From Phoronis australis (lineage: Eukaryota; Animalia; Phoronida): a stretch of 64,000 bases of DNA. The notes under the pieces are model-generated. The model ran no database searches. It saw only the letters and a program-made list of their open reading frames with translations, and was not told the DNA's origin. Every line of letters begins with the position of its first letter. Within the stretch, counting starts at the first letter, position 1. Of the stretch, positions 1-12,853 are shown piece by piece. The translations under genes were made by a program, and so were the position numbers. The DNA lies in the NCBI GenBank assembly GCA_002633005.1, contig NMRA01000006.1, positions 2,069,818 through 2,133,817 of the forward strand, given 5' to 3'.

Positions 1-569
1 TACAATCATGGTTCAGTTTGCGCAAATGCTTACAGCCGGACAAGATGTTGGGGCCCCCCCTTGTGATATCCTAGATCCGCCACTGTAAACATATAGTATG
101 TAGCTTGATACAGTGATTTTGACTATCTGTTACTGTGCTGTTTGAAAGTGTTGCTCTCTTTCATGTAGTTTATTTTGATTAAAGAAGGTTTTTAAAAACA
201 CGTCTGTTACTTTTCTTTCAACGTATTGTTTAGTAGTCAATGAGATGAAAGGGCTCGTTGGAAATAATTTTCATGGTTTCTCGATCTAGCGCAAATTTAG
301 GGGCCATGTGTTGTCGCTGACGTATCCTTTCTGCTGGCAGTTTTGATAGCGCTCTATATTTTACACATTCTGCGTTCTTAAACTTCACTAAGTGGGTTGG
401 TTTTAGACAGTTCCTGGTATCCCAAAGTTTTACTGTTATCAGGTACTTTCCAAAATGCTTACTCTCTGCCATCATCCATTTGACATCGAGTGTGAGAGCT
501 CAGTAGACGCAAAAGTATAAGCTCATTATCTAACATGTCATACATTTTATTCAAAATTACTGACCGGTA

Positions 570-1500
570 GTTGAGATTTCTGGGGCTGGCGAGCACAACC
601 CACACTGGGTTTTAACTGTCATACTGTATTTGGTAACCAGTAACATCTATTTGAATCACATGGAATTGTTTATTGTAGTACCCCGAATGATGACTTAGCT
701 TCTTTTACGGTGTAATTGAGTTTCTGGCGAACGCCTTCCAGAACACAATTTGTTGTCTGTCATGGTCATCTGGTGGATTATTGGTTTTAAGTCAGTTTGA
801 GCCGGTACCTCGGGTATCTAATGTACCTCAAAGTTTTGATAGCATATATTGTGGTTGAGATTTTTGAGGGTTTCTTCCAGGCACAACCCAGAGTATATTT
901 TGTCTGTCATAGGGCATTTAGTGACCTGTGACATGTATTGAACCTCATGGAATTGGTTTTGTGTGGTACCTCAAATGTATGTACAAGCTCATTTTTTTGG
1001 GGGGGGGGGTTCTTTTTTGGTTTCTGCTGGACCGATTCCAGTGTGCAATTTGTCTGTCATGGGTCATTTGGAGTTCAGTGCGGTACTATTGTTCGTTTAA
1101 AATCAGTTTTTGCCGGTACCTCGAAAATCTAGTCTAGATCAAATTTTGATGACATACCGTGGTTGAGATTTTTGGGGGTGTCTGCCGGGCACAATCCAGA
1201 GTGTAATTTGTCTGTCATAGAGCATTTAGTGATCTGTGACATGTATTGAATCATATGGAATTGATTTTGTGTGGTACCTCGAATGTATGCGCTAGCTCAT
1301 TTTGGGGGGTCCTTTTTGGTTTCTGCCGGACCCATTCCAGAGTGCAATTTGTCTGTCATGGGTCATTTGGTGTTCAGTGCGGTACTATTGTTCGTTTTAA
1401 ATCAGTTTTGGTTGGTACCTCGAATATCTAGTCTAGCTCATTTTTTGGGCTCTTTGCAAGGCCCCCAGGGGTCACACCCAGAGTGCAGACAACGACAGAC
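570..1500. repeat. Degenerate tandem repeat, ~150-bp subunits arranged as ~300-bp dimers
   Basis: Motif (c)aatttgtctgtcat recurs about every 150 bp (~747, 897, 1046, 1205, 1345); ttgagattt(t/c) recurs ~572, 855, 1163 and ggaattg ~662, 949, 1257; ORFs 938-1132 and 1246-1431 translate to near-identical peptides. Confidence 0.8.
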
Positions 1501-4500
1501 GTCTATTTCTGTACATACTGAGGTGGACTTTAAATGCTCCCGTGGTCAGATGTTGGTACCTCGTTCATCTATGCTAAGTGCTCTGGACTGCCGGTCTAAA
1601 AATGTACGTAGTTCTGAACACATTTTGAGGCCAGAACCTCTCACTCAATTTTGAGTGGCATAGACTTTTTATTATGTTGAGACCATCACTATAGCTGCCG
1701 TTAAATAAGATGAAAGCGCTGAGGAGCGACACTTGAAGAAATTGAATAGAAATTTAGCGGTTATGTTCACGAAACCAAGAACAACCCCGACAACTTGAGA
1801 TATGAATGCAACACGCAGCATATGAATTAACGAACAAACGAATTTGATGACAAACCAAGACTTGGAGAAATTTCATTTCACCAAGTAATAACGTGTCATG
1901 CATCAACTGCAGCTACATACAAACATTGAGATACAGCATTTTATAAAATTACAAACAATGCTGACAGTGATTCACATGGTTGTTAAAGTCACATTTGAGC
2001 CTTGACGTACAACTTCATCAAAGCTGAAAACACTATGAACAAAAGCACATTGTGGGGGTATACATGTATTTATTTAAGTATTATTCAGATTACAGTCAAA
2101 CATGGATGTTCCATACTGCATTTTCAGCATTTATACATGTATTTGTTGAAGAGCTTACAAACATGAATGTACCGTATTTCACAAATTTTAAAATACCAAA
2201 AACTAAAAACGGCTAAAACATAATTTCCTAATGTCCAGACGGCCAGAAAAGACCACAAGAAAACACTGAGTTGGATCAATTCTCACAGTCTTTTCCAGTT
2301 ATCTGTGAAGATCAAACACTACCCAGAATCAAACATGCCAGTTGAAACCACTTTACATTGCTTTGCTCCGGGACCAACTGGAACATTCTGTTACAGATAG
2401 ATTGAAATCTCATAAAGGCACCATTCTGGTACTGTAAATCATTTCCAAAGACATTCACCAATCTGCCATATTGTGTCTTAAATGGTGAGATTTTACCACA
2501 GCCCAAATTTACTTGAAGGTGGAGGCCAACGGTCCACTGCAGATATAAAGGCTAAAGTAAAAAATAAAACTGTCACTAGGTGTCACAACTTGAGCCAAAA
2601 ATTTGCTTGTGTAATACGATCCATGATAAGAACATGTCCCGAAAATGTCACAAACATCATCCAATTCACTGGCTTTGGAAACACAGCAGAAATGCCAGAA
2701 TCAGATACCTGATGGATGGAGATTAAGGCATAATGCGTCCATATATATGTAAATACATGGGCCCATAATATGCCACCAGGGGTGTGTAATTGAAAGCTAG
2801 GAAGATCATGAGCTTAAGGTCAAACATGGTGAAACATTATGGAGACAGGATTGATCCCGTAAAACGGCAAGACACTGGTCTAAGTCATTTCACTGTCGGA
2901 GCTAGATTATTTTTTTCAGGAAGTAAGGGCGAGTGCAAAGAAAGAGCTATGCAAATTGAATGAATATCAGCTGAGCTCATAGCATGAACTTTGGAGGATT
3001 TTATCTCAGGAGGCACTGAGGCGAATGTCTCACTGGTTGGAGTTCTGTTTACTGATTAACATCAATCCCCACAGCATGTTTATTATTTATTTATTAACAT
3101 AATATTTACAATGAGGATAGCCCCATCAGTTCACACTGCTTTCCATGGTGGCCCTCATGTGGGCAAGATGTACTAAGTGCTTAGATAGCCAATGAAAATT
3201 AATTCATGCATCATCTGAAAACAAAAAAAAAAAATCTTGAAGTACCTCATTTTAAGTGTGGGTACTACATTTACGCTGTTTACTAGAAAGTAACGAATGT
3301 CTGGGTTAGCATTTTGCTCGCTGTGTACGGGTAAATTGCATTGAGCTATGAACTGTGCCACAGTTTACTTCAGGACAACAGCTCTGCTTGATGCTAGTCA
3401 TCTGCACTCGCCCTAAGCTCTGTTAATTCCACCTGCACCTCCCCTGTTGGCACAATTTCACTCCCTCTGCAAATAATCCATAAACAGTTTAGTGGTAAAT
3501 CGAAACAGTCACCATAAGACAAATGACAAGAGGTAAATGGTATTGCTTTGTTAATCACTTTCCATTTTCATGCACGCACCCAGCCTCAAAAATTGGGGAA
3601 ATTTGTGAGAATGAGGACCTTTTACCAAGATTCATGAAGTTTGTTCAGAGGTATTAATTGTGCATCCCCCGAATTTTGGTTGCTCCTGTCTTTTTAGTGG
3701 ACTTTTGTCTCGTTTTCTACTTTTTCTGGAGCTTTTGTTTCTCTGAGACAGACCCTTTTGCCCCCTGGGTGCGAGCATGATTTTACAAGACTTTGTTTAT
3801 TAACTGGAGCTATGTGGAGTGTTTCATGTGCTTAATTTCAGATTTTTTCCATTAAATTGATACATCAATTCCAGAATCAACATTCTGGTTGAAAGAGTTA
3901 AGTTCAAATGGTCCAAGCTAAGAATACTGCATAAAAACGATTTCGAATAATGGAAGCTCAAACATAAATATCCAATTATTGCAAATGCAGATAGATTAGA
4001 TGACGTTTTATACCACAAGGGATGGCCGTTAACAAATTGTAATGTAGTCTATAACTAAACATACCTGCATTTTTCTTTTGAGACATCACATTGTTAATGG
4101 TGTCTAATAAATGGAAATTTTCATTAAAAGGCACTGAAATTACTGGATGTAACAATTTTAGGTAGGCTGTTGCAATCAGAAACAACACTGTATAGATTTC
4201 AGATAAACAAGTTCAGTGTTCAGGGACTTGATTGAAAAACATATGACAAGGAACATGCTGACCCACATATGAAGTGCCCTCTGACTGATCTTTTCTAACT
4301 TTGTTGCATTAATGTTGCTACAAAGTGCCACAATAGAGGAAGTTCAAACAGTGGAGCCAACCCAAGTAAAATAGAACAGTTTATTGTATTGGCTACACTT
4401 TTAACTTCTGTCCTCTAGTTTGGCACTTTTGTATTAACAAAAATGAAATGTTAGAGAGGATCAACTGGAGGGCACTTCGATATGTGCATTATTGTACCGC

Positions 4501-5118
4501 GGTATTTTTTTTTGTTTTTTGGTCAGGTCCAATACAATAAGTAAGTTTGAATAACCATTGAACAAAGGGTTTTCGTTAGACTATTGTGGCACTTTGACAT
4601 GATTCTAATTACCACACAATATGGAAAGCAAGTGAAATTATATTTTGTCATTATTTCCACAAAACAAAGGGTAGGAAAGTTTAATCAAGTGAAAAATAAG
4701 TGGAAAATTACGGCAACTATTTTCTGTCTTGTTTTAACATTGCGGTTTCAACAGTATCTCATATCATCAATATAACAATATGAGTGGGGGCAAGCAATTT
4801 AAATTTTTTGCTACAATGGCCATAAAAAGAGGATGTGATAAGGACTCCGTCTACGTCATTCAATCAAGCATGGCAGGGTTATAATTGACCATATGAAATT
4901 TGACTGCTCAGGTTCAACGTTGAGCAACTACAAGCAATGCAATACTGTTAAATACTTTGTTGCTATCACATAATGTGACTCTTTGTACTTTGAATACAGA
5001 GGCTTAGGCAAGTCCAAAAAAGATGTTACCAAGCTGTCTGGAGTTTTTGATCTCTTGCATCAGGAGACGCCATTCTAGCTGATAAGAGAATTTAAGTTCT
5101 GAAGAAGTAGCATCAAGA

Positions 5119-5217
5119 TACTGTTATCTGTATGCCTGTATTTACTGTTATCTGTATGCCTGTATTTACTGTTATCTGTATGCCTGTATTTACTGTTATC
5201 TGTATGCCTGTATTTAC
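5119..5217. repeat. Perfect 24-bp minisatellite x4 (TACTGTTATCTGTATGCCTGTATT)
   Basis: Four consecutive exact copies read directly. Confidence 0.95.
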
Positions 5218-6159
5218 GCAGAGAGCCAGTTACCACACAGATAAGTGAAGACAAGTAAGCAGATAGCCAGAGTCAGAAACCATGTAGAAAGAGAAATTTA
5301 TCAGATTACCTAATTTAAGATAGTAACATGAAGTAGGTCAGGGTGAATGATGCCACACCTGAACAACATCATTACAGTGGGTGTTGCCTGATGCAACTTG
5401 TTACAAAGACTCTTTCATTGAAGAGTGAGTCAATGTAGTAGATCCTGATGTATATGAATAAATATTATTAACATGGATTGGTGATGCACGAATTGTAATT
5501 TCTTACATAAACATGCAATATATGTGTATGATACTCAAAATCAGTTTCCCTGTAGCACACAAATTAAAGAAATCCTCTAGTCAAATATTTGTTAGATCAG
5601 CTAAAATAACAAACATTAAAAATATGGTTGTTATACCAGTTTATATTCTGCTACACTTTCACGAGATGTAAAGGTCTGAAGACGCATTTCAACGAGTCCA
5701 CCTTAGAATATTGCCCGTTTCATACTGTTTGGTGAGTTTTATAGACATTCCATCTCTCTATCGTCTAGTGACAGATTCGACTTCATTCTCGCTATTTCAG
5801 AAATGTGAAAAACTGAAAAGGGAAATTGCTGCTCGCAGAGGATTGTACAGATGAAACTGTCGGGCAAGCAATAGAAATTTTCAAGGCCTAGTTGATGCCC
5901 AGCGAAGACAGTTGTGTCAGAAGGCAAAGAAGATCAAGTGACCTTCATGACGATCATGTGACTGCTTTGGGAACAAGTGTAAAATTTGCATTTTGTCATT
6001 CGTCAACTCCTTGTACAGCGGGGGAGAGTTGGAATGCTTGATGCTCCCTGCTAGAAATACCACATACACATCAAAGCGATAGCAGTGCACTAACATTTAC
6101 TTTGGCACACAATAAATTAAATTTAACTTGTTAAATGCATTTATCGTCATTATTTTGCC

Positions 6160-6553
6160 TCCCGACCTCGTTTTTCTCCAGATCGGAGGGAATGACCTCC
6201 ACTCCACCTCCATCGAACCCCATGCCTTGGCCGCGCACCTAGTTTCTTTCACCCGTTTTTTGTTAATTGCCTACAACGTACGCCGTGTCCCAGTTGGACA
6301 GGCGTTTCACCGATTAAACGCCGGGAGGCGCTTTCGTTCTCGCCTTCCAGCCTTCAACTCATCCCTTAAATCCCTCCTGTCCCACGAGCCCCACATTTAT
6401 TTTTGGACTCAAAGGGAGGTTTCTGGGCTAACCCCAACCACCTCTACCGCCCGGACGGGGTCCTTTTTAACCGCTCAGGTCTTCATGAACACGCCTTCAG
6501 CATTCGCGTGGTCATTGGTCACCACCTTCGCGAACTGGGCCTTCTCACCCTCT
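6160..6553 (+). pseudogene. SGNH-hydrolase-like ORF remnant of a tyrosine-recombinase (Ngaro/DIRS-like) retrotransposon
   Basis: PDLVFLQIGGNDL (SGNH block III GxND), FNSSLKSLL...IYFW, then after a frameshift HLYRPDGVLFNRSG (degenerate block V DGxHxN); pyrimidine-rich composition typical of these elements. Confidence 0.65.
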
Positions 6554-7199
6554 AGTCCTGCCCAACCCCCCTTCTCTTCCCCCCTCCCTTTCCTTCCAGT
6601 TATTCCTTGTACCTTTTTGCATCGTTTTATATCCTGGACTCCTACCTTACATCTCGTTCTAAATATTGATTTTCGGCGGTTTGCCTACAGGGGGCCTTAT
6701 AATGCCACGTCATAATCTTTCCTTTCGGCAGTATTTTCTCAACGAGGTTCTTTTCTCCTCATGAATTATATCCCCATGCTAACTTCCTCTACAATTCTTT
6801 CACTTTCGGCGGTTTGCCCTCAGGGCTTAATCCCTGCCAACTATACATTAATTTGGCGGTTACTTGGAGGTTTTTCTGCTTTTTCTGGCTTACCTAGCCC
6901 CCTAGTTAACCCTCTATCCCTCCAAAGGATTGTACCTCTTGTTTCTTATATTTTATAATAACTCGCTCACTCAATGCTATTTCGGCGGTTTGCCTGCAGG
7001 GGGCCTTACAATACCCTGTTCTAACCACTACTTTCGGCGGTGTTTCCACGACGAAGTTCTGTCTTCCCTCTCAGGATGATTATATCCCCTGTATTTCCCA
7101 TTTTTTACTTGTTTCCCCTTGGTGGTTGTCCCCGCCCCGGGGTCGCCACTCTGGGTTTTTCCCCCGGTGGTCTACTCAGTATGTTTTTCCTTTTCCAGC

Positions 7200-7900
7200 A
7201 TGGCACCCAAGAAAGCCACCAGGGCATCCACCGCAAGTCTTCAACTCTTTTCGCGCGTCCTCCACCAGCGCAACCAACAACATCCAAAATCCAGCCATTG
7301 CCGCCCGTCATTGACTATGCCAAGCTGGCCGCAGAATTGAAACGACTCTACGATGCAGATTCTTCTGCTCCGCCGCCCACCGTTAGCCAGCTGCTGGACC
7401 CGTCACCTCCGGTCTACCCATCCCAGCCGATGTTCACCGCCCCATCTTCAGCCTCCGATGCGACTACAACTCCGTCTTTTTCGGGTATTGACCCTTCTTC
7501 AAATAATTTGTATGTGTCGTTGCCTCTGGGGTTTCATGTAGACTCCAAAACTCGTCAACGCATCCTCAACAACGAGTTCAATGAATTCTCTCCTTTCAGG
7601 TGAGCCATCCGTCTCCTCCACTCCCTGTCTCCATCTCCTTCACCAGTAACACTCCCGTCTTTTCCAAAGGCCATCTCATCCACCCTTCAGTGGACCCAGG
7701 CCTTCAATATTTTCCAGTCCATCCTGGTCCAGAAGTTTCCACAGGATGCCCCTGAGCTCCCAAAATATTCGACCGTAGTCCATGACTGCAACACACAATG
7801 GCCTTTCTGCAGTCTTGTTTTATGATACACATTTCAAGAAATTCCAGTCTTCTTTCCCCTTCGAGTGGGATCACATCTACTGGGACCTGTGGCGCCAAAA
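7200..7900 (+). pseudogene. gag-like ORF1 remnant of a DIRS/Ngaro-like retrotransposon
   Basis: ATG 7200 (MAPKKATR), Pro/Ser-rich linker, PLGFHVDSKTRQRILNNEF and WTQAFNIF motifs resembling DIRS-group gag; frameshifted. Confidence 0.5.
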
Positions 7901-7929
7901 TTGCCTGAAGTTCAATAAGATCCACTTGA

Positions 7930-8430
7930 TGTAAATTCATAATTGGTAATATTGTTTCTTCGATATTGCTGATTAATAATTTCTTACAATACTTTTCAAG
8001 TCTCAAGGAGAGTTGCTCATGGGTGAAGTAGAGGTGGGCAACTTTGATTTAGGATTTCACCTGTCAGAGAACGAGGATCCCGAGGAAGAGGATCTTCAGC
8101 AAGAGGCTCCTCAGGAAAAGGTTCCTCAAGAAGAGAATCCTCAGGAAGAGAATTGTGAGGGTGTGTCACTCAGAGAAAAATTTAAGTATTCTTGTTTTTG
8201 TTTTCAGTGACGTTGCTTCCTATTAAAAGGGTCAACATAACTATTTTAAAGTGAAGGAGTCACGTGTATGCAGTCTAACGCATATTGTGCATGATATCTC
8301 TTTTGGGTGGTCTGCTTCTTATAATTACCAAGTTTTAAGTAAGAAGAATTACTTTGAAATATGACTGATAGAGCAGTTCTTTTTTAATTCAATGAACCTT
8401 CACTTGCACAAGGTTTAAAAGTGAAGGAAT
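7930..8430 (+). repeat. Copy 1 of ~500-bp duplicated segment with acidic exon-like ORF
   Basis: Aligns by eye with ~9330-9815; both encode EVEVGNFDLGF..SENED.EEE..QE.PQE. Confidence 0.85.
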
Positions 8431-8959
8431 ACTTCGCTATTCTCTGTTACTATTTATTTAGTATTTATTTCAGACACAGTAACCCTTTATTGTTCTTTGC
8501 ACCAGTGGCTGGTCTGGTTTGCCAATTCCACATGTCTGATTGGTTTTGTAGCGAGTTAGGAAACCTTTTTAATCGTTAGATTCATCTTATCAATTCAAAA
8601 TTTATTGAAAGTGTATGACATACAAATTCAGTATGGTCTCCGTTTAATTATAGTTCACATCCACTGCCACTGAAAGGTTAATTACTCCATTTTTTATGTA
8701 GATGAAATGGACGAATTAAAGGTGTTAAAGAAGCCTCAACAAAACCGTTTGATTGCCATCTGCGAGGGCTTCGGGCTGTCCACAGAGAGCTCGAGGTCAC
8801 TAAGACGTGAAGTGGCAGATGAGGTAAACATGCATTTCAATTGATGTATAAACAGTTTGTACCTCTCAATACAATAAACAAAGAATATGGTATTTTTACT
8901 GTCATCTGATACATACTCGGGGTAAACAGTATACTATTGGTGATAGATAATAGTGACCA

Positions 8960-9385
8960 ACATTTCGCATAAATTTGTCAGTTCTACTGACTTTTTGTAT
9001 GAGCATGCCACAATATGGATCCTTGACCAGGCCTGCCTTCATAAGATTATGACTCGATATAAATCTTACACAGTAGTTAATCTCGTTTAATTTAATATGT
9101 CAAGAGTTGAAACCATGGACCAAGTTGGATACAAATCATAACTTGGCACTGCGCAGAAAATTCTGAATCACCCCCGGTATTTACTGTACCTGGTGAAAGC
9201 CAGTATCTAAACTTTGTTCCAAATTTAACACAGTTTGGATATTTTAAGGGTCCTATTTAACCTGAAAGTCCACCCGATTAATCCTTTATATTGACTGAAC
9301 TATAACTATATATGTAACTTCTAGTAAATTAATTTCATAATTTCTAATTTAATGTTTCTTCAATATTCTGATTAACATTTTTACA
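8960..9385 (+). repeat. Dispersed repeat, second copy at ~25117-25543
   Basis: cataaatttgtcagttctactgac...gatccttgaccaggcctgccttcataag...gggtcctatttaacctgaaagtccacc shared with 25.1-25.5 kb. Confidence 0.9.
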
Positions 9386-9815
9386 TTACTATTCAGATCT
9401 CAAGGGGAGCTGCCCATGGACGAAGTGGAGGTAGGCAACTTTGATTTAGGGTTTGAATTGTCCGAGAACGAGGATCATGAGGAAGAGGGTCTTCGGCAAG
9501 AAGTTCCTCAGGAAAAGGGTCCCATGGAAGAGAATCCTCAGGAAGAGAATCGTGAGGGTGTGTCACTCATAGAAAAATCAAGCATTCTTGTTTTTGTTTT
9601 CAGCGATGTTTCTTCATATTGAAAGGATCATCATAGCTATTTTGAAGTGAAGGAGTCATGTGTATGCAGTCTAAGACATATTGTGCATGATTTCTCCTTT
9701 GGGTTGTCTGCTTGTTGGGACTAAAATGTTTGTAGCAAGAATAATTCTTTTGAAATATGACTAGAGCAGTTCTTTTTGCAATTCAATGAACCTTCACTTG
9801 CACTAGGTTTAAAAC
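9330..9815 (+). repeat. Copy 2 of ~500-bp duplicated segment with acidic exon-like ORF
   Basis: Diverged copy of 7930-8430. Confidence 0.85.
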
Positions 9816-10061
9816 TGGAGTGAGAATTTAAGATAAACCAACACGCTCATTGGCTGTTCCTGTGGAAATTTCAGTTGAACTAGGTCTCTGAATTCAAACT
9901 AAAATAGTGCCAAGAATGAAGCGTTGATATGAAGTAGAGAAATAGCTTGAAGATTGTTGACGTGTTTCTCACAAATATTGTGAAATGTTTGAGCAGACTT
10001 TGCCTGCACGTTAACCGGAGGACATCCTGGACGGTATATGTGTTTTAATTAATAAGCTTAA

Positions 10062-12674
10062 CCCTATAGCGCCGGTACACGCATATTTGAGTGAAAGCTT
10101 CAATCACCCCAAGTGCCGGTAAACGCATATATGAGTGTCAAAGTTCCCAGACAGTTTCTGCCACCTTGTGACAGCTAAAAATAAATATTTCTCACACATG
10201 TGTACACATAGATTGATGACGTATACAATCAGTGTTTTTCTTTGTTGGAAGTGGCGTGTTGTTGAATTTGTCGGAATTTTTTGAGAGAAGTGTTGATATT
10301 TTAGTTATAAGATGGCGGGAGTAAGAGAGAGGAAAGTCAAAGTGGATACTGTTTTAGATTTACTGGAAAACAGTGACTATGAGAGTGAATTAGATAGTGA
10401 TTCTGACTCTGATGAGGATATTCCTCTCGCTCAGTATGCCAGGCGATCAGACAGTGACACTGAAATGAGTTTGGAGGTTGACCCCGACAGTTTAGAGGAT
10501 GCCCCTGAGATCGCTGTGCCTGCTGATTTCCTGGATGCTCTTGGGCCACAAGAACCTGAAAGTGGTGGTTGGAGTGCGTCTGTGAATTCACGAAACGATG
10601 CCAACGTGAGATTTAAAAGTACACCTGGTTTGAAGCAACATGTCATTGATCATCTAGGTGGACAGGAAGCACTCACCTCGGCAACACCCGGTGGGCTCTT
10701 CAGACTGTTTTTTCCTGACCCTCTAATTAAGTTGATCGTTGATCAGACAAACTTATATGCCAATCAGGAAAGACAGAGTGCACCCGAGAAACACAAAATG
10801 AAATGGCATGATGTAACAGTAAAGGAATTATTCACTTGGTTTGGTTTACTGTTCTGCATGGGTCTAATCTGCAAGGGAAATATTCGCGACTATTGGAGTA
10901 CACACTGGATGGTAGAAACTCCGGGATTTCGCAAATCCATGTCAAGAGACCGCTTCCTGGCTATCTTACGCTACATCCACTTCGTCGACAACACCACTGC
11001 AGTCACAGACAAGCAAAACCCTCTGTATGATAAGCTCTATAAAGTTCGACCGGTGTGGGATGTTGTTATTGAACGTTGCAAATCTGTCTATACTCCTCAA
11101 CGTGAGATTGCGCTGGATGAATCCATGATTGCTTGCAAATCACGTTTTGGATTCAAGCAATTCATGAAGGACAAGCCCATTCGGTGGGGACTAAAAGTTT
11201 TCATGGTTTCAGAGTCGTGTTCTGGTTACATTTTGAATGCACAGGTCTACACAGGTAAAGAACGCGAGTCAACGGCCAACGGTCCGACACATGATGTTGT
11301 GATGCGAGTTACGGAACCGTTTATGAATTTAGGCCACCATTTATATATGGACAACTACTATACTAGTATCCCAACATTTGAGGAGTTGTTGAATCGTGGC
11401 ACACTGGCTTGCGGGACTGTTCGTGCCAATCGCAAAGGACTGCCAGGAACTGTAAATGCGAAATCAGCAGCTGTGAAGGAACTACCCCGCGGCGGCTCGT
11501 TATATAGATATAAGAATGCTATTACAGCAGTTACGTGGAAGGACAACAAAACTGTGAACGTATTAAGTACCATACCTTACCCCGAGACTAACGATACCGT
11601 TCAACGCTCAGCAAAAGTGAATGGGAAGTGGGAGAAAATTAACGTGTCGCGACCAGTCGCCATAGCGATGTATAACACTTACATGGGTGGAGTTGATTTA
11701 TCGGATCAACGCATCAACTCACATAAGCGCCTCATGCGAGGGGTTGTTTGGTATTTAAAACTATTCTGGTTTTTGTTGGATGTTTCAAGAGTGAATGCCT
11801 TCATACTGTGTGGAATGCTGAAAGGTAAAACGTTGAAAATGAAGGACTTTACTCGCGAACTTGCAATTGAGTTAATCGGAGACTCAGCTTCCGGTAAAAC
11901 CTTAGGCCGTCCTTCTGTTCTACCTCACTGCACCCGTACAAATCGCAACCTCGATCATGCACCCCAGCTGAATAAGAAGCGGTCTCCATGTGTTGTGCAC
12001 CAGCAGCGTGTAGACACTGCATACACGTGTTCTGTGTGTGCGGTGAGAATGTGTCCGTTTCCCTGCTTTGGACGCTATCATTACATGGACAATTACTCTT
12101 TTAATGATCCTGAACGTCAGCACACTCCTAAGCTTAGAAAAAAGCAGCCATAGTGAGTTTACAAGTCTTTGAAATGGTGTAACGTTTTAAGAAATGTCTA
12201 CTTCTATACATTTGTGTTTGACATAGCTGATATTAATGACTGAGGAGTTGGAAGTGATCATATTCTTTTTAGCATATCTTGGAAACTAACAAACAAATCA
12301 TTTTCAAAATTTAAGGAGTTGCATACTATGTATTTTAGCTGAGAAAACTGGTATTATCTTCGAAAAAAAGTTCAAGACTTCTCATGTTATAATTGTTGAT
12401 TTCAAGTCTTGTTTATTATTTTTGCTGACCAGATAATTTTCTGAAAGTTAAGAAACTCATAACTCTGCATATTTTTATCATATTTTAATAATTTGAACTT
12501 CATGAGAATCCCTGGTTTCTGTCCTTTCTAAAAATGTATATATTGTATGTTTTATTTGTAAATAAACATGCTGCAGCTGTTTAACTGAAAGCTTGTGTTT
12601 CACTCATGACCTGCCTCAAATTAAGTCAGGCTATTCAGGGGTCGTGACCTACTTTTAAGCTAGGTGCTGTAGGG
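10062..12674 (+). mobile_element. piggyBac DNA transposon, apparently full length
   Basis: TTAA at 10058-10061 and 12675-12678; left end CCCTATAGCGCC, right end GGTGCTGTAGGG (rc CCCTACAGCACC, 10/12 match); 23-bp subterminal direct repeats at 10071-10093 and 10115-10137; single transposase ORF. Confidence 0.95.
10312..12153 (+). CDS. piggyBac transposase (PGBD4-like, DDE_Tnp_1_7), 613 aa
   Basis: Acidic N-terminus, MSRDRF, DKLYKVRP, catalytic D residues in LDESM, MDNYY, YNTYMGGVDLSDQ; C-terminal Cys/His-rich domain (CVVH...CSVC...CPFPCF..YH) and basic tail. Confidence 0.95.
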   Translation: MAGVRERKVKVDTVLDLLENSDYESELDSDSDSDEDIPLAQYARRSDSDTEMSLEVDPDSLEDAPEIAVPADFLDALGPQEPESGGWSASVNSRNDANVRFKSTPGLKQHVIDHLGGQEALTSATPGGLFRLFFPDPLIKLIVDQTNLYANQERQSAPEKHKMKWHDVTVKELFTWFGLLFCMGLICKGNIRDYWSTHWMVETPGFRKSMSRDRFLAILRYIHFVDNTTAVTDKQNPLYDKLYKVRPVWDVVIERCKSVYTPQREIALDESMIACKSRFGFKQFMKDKPIRWGLKVFMVSESCSGYILNAQVYTGKERESTANGPTHDVVMRVTEPFMNLGHHLYMDNYYTSIPTFEELLNRGTLACGTVRANRKGLPGTVNAKSAAVKELPRGGSLYRYKNAITAVTWKDNKTVNVLSTIPYPETNDTVQRSAKVNGKWEKINVSRPVAIAMYNTYMGGVDLSDQRINSHKRLMRGVVWYLKLFWFLLDVSRVNAFILCGMLKGKTLKMKDFTRELAIELIGDSASGKTLGRPSVLPHCTRTNRNLDHAPQLNKKRSPCVVHQQRVDTAYTCSVCAVRMCPFPCFGRYHYMDNYSFNDPERQHTPKLRKKQP

Positions 12675-12853
12675 TTAAGGTTACTGCATTTCATACATCT
12701 GGTAGAGTGTGTGAAGCGCCAGTATTAATTAGAGTGGTGTCTTTATTCTGTGTTGACAGCTGAGTTTTTGGTATTTTTGCTGATTCACCTAAAGCATTAA
12801 AATTGTTAGTTTAAGTCTGCTGTATTTCACAACTTGTAACCCTAATTAAATTG

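Noticed and set aside
230-2712. Minus-strand ORFs 230-475 and 2312-2506 as exons of a gene
   Set aside because: No recognisable domain and no consistent splice model; may be decayed TE coding sequence
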